64,000 nt of DNA, from contig OX597820.1 in the NCBI GenBank assembly GCA_951406725.2, forward strand, positions 124,496,001 through 124,560,000, given 5' to 3'. Shown one piece after another: positions 56,473 to 64,000 of this stretch; positions within the stretch are counted from its first letter, which is position 1, and the number at the start of each line of letters is the position of its first letter. The stretch comes from Octopus vulgaris. Its lineage: Eukaryota. The translations under genes and the position numbers were made by a program. The notes below the pieces were generated by a model that saw only the letters and a program-made list of their open reading frames with translations, was not told where the DNA came from and searched no databases.

Positions 56473-56475
<3 letters not shown>
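54969..56475 (+). mobile_element. Penelope-like retroelement, 5'-truncated, bracketed by a 94-bp inverted repeat
   Basis: 54969-55062 is the reverse complement of 56382-56475 (one mismatch seen); lies between (TA)n tracts. Confidence 0.9.
55063..56420 (+). pseudogene. Penelope RT + GIY-YIG endonuclease
   Basis: LVSFDVVNLYTSIP, QKSGIAMGT, KRFLDDCF, LPFLDI, SCHP; IIYVIKCSGCHQDYVGST...RRRCTLHRQQI; stops and frameshifts after 55807. Confidence 0.92.
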
Positions 56476-56543
<68 letters not shown>

Positions 56544-56827
56544 ATATATATATATTTATGTATATATATCCTTCTCTCTCACTCTCTCCCTTTCTTTCGG
56601 CATACACACAAACACACAAACACACACACACATATATATATATTTCTTTATTTATATAAAGTCAGTCGCCACTTTGATGTGGTGACTGACTTTACTTTTT
56701 AGTATAGTTACTACTCTGATTTATTCTACAGATTTTACAACTAGCTATTTTGATTAAACGGCGGTACATCGGCATGGCCGCAGCTCTGAGCTGAAACTAG
56801 AAAAAAAAAAAAGATATATATATTAAT

Positions 56828-57001
56828 AGATCGCTAGCCACTACACATTCTTTATTTCATCTCCTTGATTCTTTCTATGTTCCTCTCTGTGGAAGAGCGT
56901 AGGCTCGAAACGTTAACGACTTTTTCACTTCCTGAGCGTTATATTAATACATCTGTTTGTTATCTGTCTTTGTCTTTTGCTCTTTTGTGAATTCACGCCT
57001 T

Positions 57002-57002
<1 letters not shown>
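56828..57002 (+). mobile_element. Second copy of the hammerhead-bearing short repeat
   Basis: Colinear with 9955-10153; followed by (TA)n. Confidence 0.65.
56882..56919 (+). ncRNA. Hammerhead-like motif, variant core, stem I decayed
   Basis: CTGTGGA-A-GAGC(GTAG)GCTC-GAA-ACGT-T. Confidence 0.5.
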
Positions 57003-57056
<54 letters not shown>

Positions 57057-58462
57057 TTGAGGTGTGGTGTGGCGGTCTAAGGGAGGTGATTAATAAAAGT
57101 TAAAATTGAAAAGGAATGTAAATATTAAGAGTTTTAGGAATGTAGTATGATGATCTAGTTCATGGAATGTGTATAAATAAGGGAAATTGTGTCGCCGGGC
57201 GTGGATGTCGTTATTGTGGGGCATAGTTCTTTTTACAGTCTACGACATGCGACATTATAGAAATACATGATGTATTATGTGGCTGGGATTGGGTTATTAG
57301 GTGGAAGAGGAAAAGTAAAACGACTCAGGAACTGAAGAATAGAAGAGAAAGTATTACGATATCGAAAATAAGGTAAGACAGTTAGAATATGGTAGGACAT
57401 TTAGTACAAATTGCGAGTTTAGAGGACGAATGAAGTAAAAGTATATAAAGAAGTGGAGGGAAATAAAAAGCAGATAAGTAGAAACTTTCGCCGTAGATGA
57501 ATGTTTTAATTGTTGAAATAAAAGCGAGCGAACAGGTTGGAAATCCCAAATGTGTGAAAACGAATAAACGGTAAGCGATATCTTAGAACGACTTATTATC
57601 TCTGTATATTTATAACCGATAAACATTCTTGTTGGTTGCTTGGTTGTTTTCATGCTTTGCATCGTTCAAAGAGAAAGGAAAGAGATTAAAATAGCGATAC
57701 AGGGCTTGTTAAGATAAGAGGTGAGGAACGAAAGATGTAAACATACAGTGATAAAGAAAGAATCATAAAGACAAAGCAGAATGAGAAAATTACAGTGTAG
57801 TTACGGGAAAAAAAGTTAGAAAAATGACAAAATTGTTTTCTATAATTTAAATATCACAAATATAATTTATAAGAAAATTGGTACCCATTTCCTGTTTTGT
57901 TTTATAAGTATCAAAAATAGAATGTAAATTAAATTACAAGTATTTTATATATGCCATATTTTCTAATATTACTCATGGGGGGTAGATCTATACTTTCAAA
58001 GTTAGTCGCCATATGACAGGTAACAATGTAGTTATAAAATGAAAGTATGTAAGAGGTAAAACGGAATAATCACGTAAGAAAAGTATGATTGTGGAGGAAA
58101 ATTGCCACAAAAGACATTAGAAAGTAGTGCAATGTGGCTGAGAAAGACGTTATCAAATGTAGCGTATGATTTTTGAAGTACATGCCTGTTTTACAAATAT
58201 TTACTATTGCATAAAAGATAAAAAGATCCAGAAATCTGCTTTTTTTAAAGTTGGATGGTCAGTGTGTCTGGAACGTCCGAGAAGCATTGGCTCCTGTTAG
58301 TATCTCCCTTTTTAGGGTGTATGATAGTTTCTTGGTTTGAGGACCCAAATATTGATAGGAAGACACCCACCACTGCAACTGCACACTTCACGTTATCACT
58401 ATCTGCCTTCCAGTATTACTGTAACATAGCAAATCAGCTTTCACATTTTTGCTTGTTATTAG

Positions 58463-58655
58463 GGCAGCGAGCTGACAGAATCGTTAACACTCCAAGCAAA
58501 ATGCTTAGCGGCATCTCTTTTCTCTTAACGTTCCGAGTTCAAATTTCGCTGAGGTCAACATTACCTTCTTTTTACGATTTAACATTGTACCAGCAGAACG
58601 CTGGGGTCACCCCTTCCCCGAATTCCCTGGCCTTGTGCCAATATTTGATATCAAA
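58463..58655 (+). mobile_element. SINE S2
   Basis: GGCAGCGAGCTGACAGAATCGTTA...AAATGCTTAGCGG...GAGTTCAAATT...GGCCTTGTGCC. Confidence 0.75.
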
Positions 58656-58690
58656 TTTCATACTTGACGACCAAATATATATACACATAC

Positions 58691-58751
<61 letters not shown>

Positions 58752-58792
58752 ATATATATATACAGATAGATAGATAGATGGATAGATAGATA

Positions 58793-58853
<61 letters not shown>

Positions 58854-59086
58854 TAGATGGATAGATAGATAGTTAGATAGATATATATATATAAAAGAAA
58901 GATAAATAGACAGATAGATAGATATGTATATACATATGTATGCATATTTATATACAAGCACGTAACAGATGATAACAAAGAGCGTAACAGGCGACAACAA
59001 AACGTTCGAACAGTAGGCGATATAAAAAAGGACAGGAAAAAAAACATGGACGGGACATTCGGAGCTGTCAGTCTTCAATCGAGAAT

Positions 59087-59117
<31 letters not shown>

Positions 59118-59949
59118 GCACACACATATATATATCGCAGGAGAGATAGAGCGTGGTCAGAGTCCCCACATCTACTATAAGGATACGAGAATCGTAACAT
59201 TTAGCCATGTAGTAAAAATTCAATAGACACCATCTACGTATACATATGTATGGTATATTCTGTGACTTGATTCTGCTCCTACGTAGGTTAGTGTTAATAT
59301 TGTGTCCATCTATTTCATATGGTAGTGAAACTGCTTTATGGATGTAGATTGATGCCTACGCAAATAATTATTTATAATTATTCTATTTTGATATAGAAGC
59401 CGAAAACCATAAATCTTATCTAGTACCAACGAATACAAAACTTTCTCCAAATAGGTTTATATAATTAGGCGCCATCACTATGAAACGATATTACAAAAAT
59501 TTATATTACATAAAAAAATTGTTAATATTGCACAATAGACAGGAATTATTTACAAAACCGGCCTGTCACTTTCTGAAGGACGACACTTTGTATTATTGGG
59601 GAGGAACATAGTAGAACTGAAAATTACATTTTAGCAAACAGGTGGGAAGTTCATTTCAAAATGCATTGGAAAATTATATAAACACATTCTCCATCACTCA
59701 AAACCAGGAAAGCATCGTCTTTATCCAAATGTATTGAACACTGTGTTACACTAATTAGGTCTTTAATCAATGTAATCTGAAGAACTTATCTCATCGTTGT
59801 ATATCTGTATTTGTTATCTAATTTGTGTAAGTATTATTCTTCGTACGTATTAGCAATATGTAATACTTATATACATAGCAATTTACAGAAATTTGATAAC
59901 ACATACAGATATACAACAATGAGACAATTTCCTCATAGTATAACCAAAT

Positions 59950-60261
59950 AGTGGAGACGCAATGGCCCAGTGGTTAGGGCAGCGGACTCGTGGTTTTAGG
60001 ATCGCGGCTTCGATTCCCAGACCGGGCGTTGTGAGTGTTTATTGAACGAAAACACCTAAAGCTCCACGAGGCTCCGGCAGGGGTTGGTGGCGATCCCTGC
60101 TGTACTCTTTCGCCACGACTTTCTCTCACTCTTTCTTCTGTTGGCCTGCTCGCTTGGCCAGCGGGGTGGCGTCATTTGAAGACTAAAACAATGCAAAGCG
60201 CTTTGTGACCAGCGATCTGTAGCAACATCTGATAGCCTGGTCGGTCACGATGATCACGGTG
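59950..60261 (+). mobile_element. SINE S3 + tail Y, full length
   Basis: A box TGGCCCAGTGG, B box TTCGATTCC; 10-bp TSD ATAACCAAAT at 59940-59949 and 60262-60271. Confidence 0.92.
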
Positions 60262-60901
60262 ATAACCAAATTAATCAAAAGCCAAATTAGAGCGAGAAAG
60301 CAAACATTCAAGAACTTCCACGTCATGGTGCGCCCGACAAATATTCGCAATCAAGTCAACCTCTGTTTTGCCCCAAACATCTTTCAGGCAGTAGATATTG
60401 AATGATACATACTGAGATATGTATACTCGGCTGGAATATCTTTAATCGGTAATCTGCTTGAGATAATCTAACCTGTAGCTCAATAATAATTCCTTGTACA
60501 CTCGCAAATATAGCATCATTGGGTAAGATCAAACAGTAACCTAGGACTTATTAATCGAATAACACAACGCCATTCATTCACAAACAAAAATAAACAATCA
60601 ATATGAAGAACCATTAATAATTCGAAAAGAAAGAAAAATAGATTAACCTGTGTGGCCTTAGTTGGCACAAAACGCAAGTAATAAAAGAAATTTTATTACT
60701 TTATTACTTGTGTAATGAATAATGTATTTTAAAGCTTACTCTGCTCACATAGACACAGACATACACAATTGCGCAAACAATAATACGGACACACTATCAA
60801 CGCACATATATGAGAAGTCCACGTCAGCATTATAAATATATTATAAAAGCGATGAAAACAAAATGAATGAAGACAGCAGCAAAAGGACAAGTTTTAACAA
60901 A

Positions 60902-61196
60902 TCTTTATATATAAAAGTGAAGTTGTGTGTCTGTCTCCTACGATTTAGATTCCTAACTACTCCCACATTTTGCGGTGCAGTTTAACCAAAATCGGGTATC
61001 TTATAGTCGTGATTCATATCGAGCCCTTCTGGGTATTAGCGTGCGTCTACGATGAGTCTACGATTTTAAAAAAATTACCATAATTTTTTTTCCATTTTTA
61101 ATGCATTTTTTTGCTATTTTTTGGCTATAACTCTCTGAAAATTCTTATATAGTTATTTCCCTTACAAACCCGAGTAACGCCGGGCGATACTGCTAG
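60902..61196 (+). mobile_element. Non-autonomous Helitron
   Basis: A|TCTTTATATATAAAAG ... CCCG-AGTAACGC-CGGG hairpin, 8 nt, CTAG|T; inserted at AT with no TSD. Confidence 0.88.
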
Positions 61197-61321
61197 TGTT
61201 ATATAAAAGAATGTTAGGAATCTTTGGTTAGATGGAAGGGCTCGCTCATCTCACCTGTGTTGCCTTCTATCATTTTCTATTTTCTGTTCATTGCTTCAAT
61301 AATGAGTGGCTGTGTGGTATA

Positions 61322-61488
61322 GGCGAAGGAGTAGCTGCGTGGTAAGTAGCTTGCTTACCAACCACACGGTTCCAGGTTCAGTCCCATTGTGTGGCACCTT
61401 GGGCAAGTGTCCTCTACTATAGCCTCGGCCCGGCCAAAGCCTCGTGAGTGGCTTTGGTAGACGGAAACTGAAATAACCCCATCGTTAT

Positions 61489-61530
<42 letters not shown>

Positions 61531-61760
61531 GTGTGTGTGTTTGTGTGTCTGTGTTTGTCCCCCCCCCCCCAACATCGCTTGTCAACCGATGCTGGTGTGT
61601 TTATGTCCCCGTTACTTAGCGGTTCGGCAAAAGAGACCGATAGAATAAGTACTAGGCTTACAAAGAATAAGTCCTGGGGGGGCGATTTGCTAGACTAAAA
61701 AGGCGATGCTCCAGCATGGCCGCAGTCAAATGACTGAAACAAGTAAAAGAGTAAAAGAGT
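61322..61760 (+). mobile_element. SINE S1, full length, with central (TA)n(TG)n
   Basis: tRNA-like head, CACCTTGGGCAAGT CORE-like motif, internal microsatellite, (GTAAAAGA)n tail. Confidence 0.9.
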
Positions 61761-62194
61761 AGAGTATATATGAAAAAATAAAACACAAAAGATAAGTTAT
61801 ACTTATTGATAGAAATATCTGAATAATTACAGGTAGTTTGATTAGTTGGCAGTTAAGCCATTAAGAAAAAGTCATTCACATGCAATTACGACATTCTAAA
61901 GTAAAGTGAATAAAGAACCCACGAACGAAAGGCTGAGTGTAAAGCGTGTTTGAAAATTGGATTTTCAACCTTAAAACCATTTAAATTTATTGAATTTAAA
62001 CAGCACTTCTGTACAGATGTAATAATTAAACTGAAAGGAAGTAGCTTAAAATTGGGAATTTTATGAAGCAATAGGGATTGCGCGGTGCACATTTATGGCA
62101 GTTTCGCCTTATTGTTAATTACAAAGCAGTTTTTACGACTTATGTGAAAAAGTGTACCCCGAATGCCATTATCTGAGCTCAAGTGATGTAATAC

Positions 62195-62630
62195 TGGTGT
62201 CAAATTCTGGAACAAGGCCAGTGATTTTTAGAGAAGGGCTCAGTCCATTACATCGATCCAAGCGTTCAACTGGTACTTATTTAATCGACTACGAAATATG
62301 GAAGGTAAATTCGATCTCGGCAGAATTTAAAGTCAGAACCTGAAGACGAGTGTAATGCCGTTAAGCATTTTATCCGGCGTGCTAACGATTCTGTTAGCTC
62401 GCTATCTTCAAGTGCTGTAGTATTGGTTTGAACTTTTGGCACAAGGCTAGTAATTTGGGGGGCAGGGATTAAATCGATTACATAAATCCCAGTGTTCAGG
62501 AGGAACTTATTTTATCGGCACTGAAAAGCAAAATCGATCTTGGTGATATTTCATCTCGGAACGTGAAGACCGACAAAGTGCCACTAAGCATTTCGCCTGG
62601 CGTGCTTACGAATCTATCACATCGCTACCT
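62195..62630 (-). mobile_element. Two tandem S2 SINEs
   Basis: S2 core plus TAAGCATTT...GGCGTGCT head twice (~62195-62406 and ~62420-62630). Confidence 0.75.
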
Positions 62631-63711
62631 TCAATCGCAGGAATATTAACATCTTTCGGCGGCTTCCTTTTACTGTTTGCTGATGGGTGGGGAAGTAAGT
62701 ATTCAGGGTATATACTAAATGCATTGACAATATTGTAATAAAAAGAATTTGACTATTTGTCTTAAATTCCAAATATATTTCGTTATGTTTACAAAATTCC
62801 AGCTCGAATCAATTTCTTTTCCGTTGAACCGATGTAATGTTTTGGATACAAGCTATCATTCAACAACATTCTCAAACATTAGACTAAGGAATTCGCAAAA
62901 CAGATTACATTACTCAGGCACTCACTTGGGTTGTTACAATCACACCTGCTCTCGCTTTCCATATATTATTAATATTTTAGTATTATTTTACACGCTTTGA
63001 TTTAATTGTATTAATACAGCTGTTGCAATTTGGAGCCTGAACGAGAAGCTTTAATAGAATTTCTATAAGAAATCTTGTGATGTATCAACTGTTTTAAGAT
63101 GAAATGAAGAGAAACATACTTTGAAAATTGCTTAGATAGAATTATCGACATATTAGAGCTAAAAATAATATTACAATGCATGAATTATTTTTTTATCTCT
63201 GTTTTTAAATATGGCAGCTATATCCCTTGACTCAAATTCAATCCTATCCGAAAACAAGCTACAACTGAATGTTTTCCTATATTATTTTGAATCTTTTGGA
63301 AAACTAACTGTATCGGAGAACATTAAGAATGTACGCATACTAACATTGGTGGAAAAATTTATGGAGATTATTTACTTGGTGATGAGCGCCCAACATACTC
63401 TGAAATAACAATGCATTAAGCATATGATTTGGGAAAGCGTCAAAATATAAGGATGCTTTTCAACAATTAACATTTCCTGTTTGTTACTACCAGTAAATTC
63501 TCAGTCTAAGTTTCTGAACTTCGTCGCACCAGTCTGAAATTTATGAAATTAAAATTTGCGATCCCTGTTACCTAGAAGAGTTAAATATATTCCTCCACCA
63601 AACGCCTGGAATGCTTTAGCCCCCACCCACACAAACGTAGGTACAAGCAGACGCAAATGCACACATACACACATATACATATATCTATATATCCTCATAT
63701 ATCATACATAT

Positions 63712-63965
63712 AGTGGAGGCGCAATGGCCCAGTGGTTAGGGCAGTGGACTCGCGGTCGTAGGATCGCGGTTACAAGTCTCAGACCGTGCATTGTGTGTGT
63801 TTATTGAGCGAAAACACCTAAAGCTCCACGAAGCTCCGGCAGAGGGGGATCCCTGCTGTACTCTTTCACCACGGCCTGGTCGCTTAGCCAGCGGGGTGGC
63901 CTTCATTCGAAGGCTAAAACAATGCGATGTTTAGCAACATCTGATGGTCTTGTCGGTCACGTGGT

Positions 63966-63972
<7 letters not shown>
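63712..63972 (+). mobile_element. SINE S3 + tail Y, with internal deletions
   Basis: Colinear with 59950-60261. Confidence 0.88.

Positions 63973-64000
<28 letters not shown>

Noticed and set aside
59951-60030. tRNA gene calls for A/B-box sequences
   Set aside because: They are SINE heads continuing into repeat bodies with TSDs; no full cloverleaf or terminator

Overview
AT-rich, microsatellite-dense eukaryotic (animal) DNA with no host gene that I can recognise; it reads as intergenic or deep-intronic sequence. The repeat repertoire resembles Octopus/coleoid cephalopod genomes (inference from recalled repeats, not a database result). Retroelements: R4/Dong-clade non-LTR retrotransposons in (TAA)n (one ~2 kb copy with RT, zinc knuckle and REL endonuclease, plus fragments); Penelope-like (PLE) remnants (RT plus GIY-YIG); and many tRNA-headed SINEs of about four head types (labelled S1-S4 here) with interchangeable tails. 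DNA elements: a full-length but decayed Chapaev3-type transposon with TIRs and TTA TSD, Tigger/pogo and Tc1 remnants, a non-autonomous Helitron and a palindromic MITE. The most notable signal is four short type I hammerhead ribozyme folds from three sequence families. One lies directly behind a PLE GIY-YIG fragment, and one family has a non-canonical CUGUNGA-A core seen in two diverged copies. Also notable are a ~550-bp non-coding (TAA)n-associated element forming a long inverted pair, and SINE head/tail module shuffling. Most ORFs in the supplied track are microsatellite or chance artefacts. Identities are estimated by eye.
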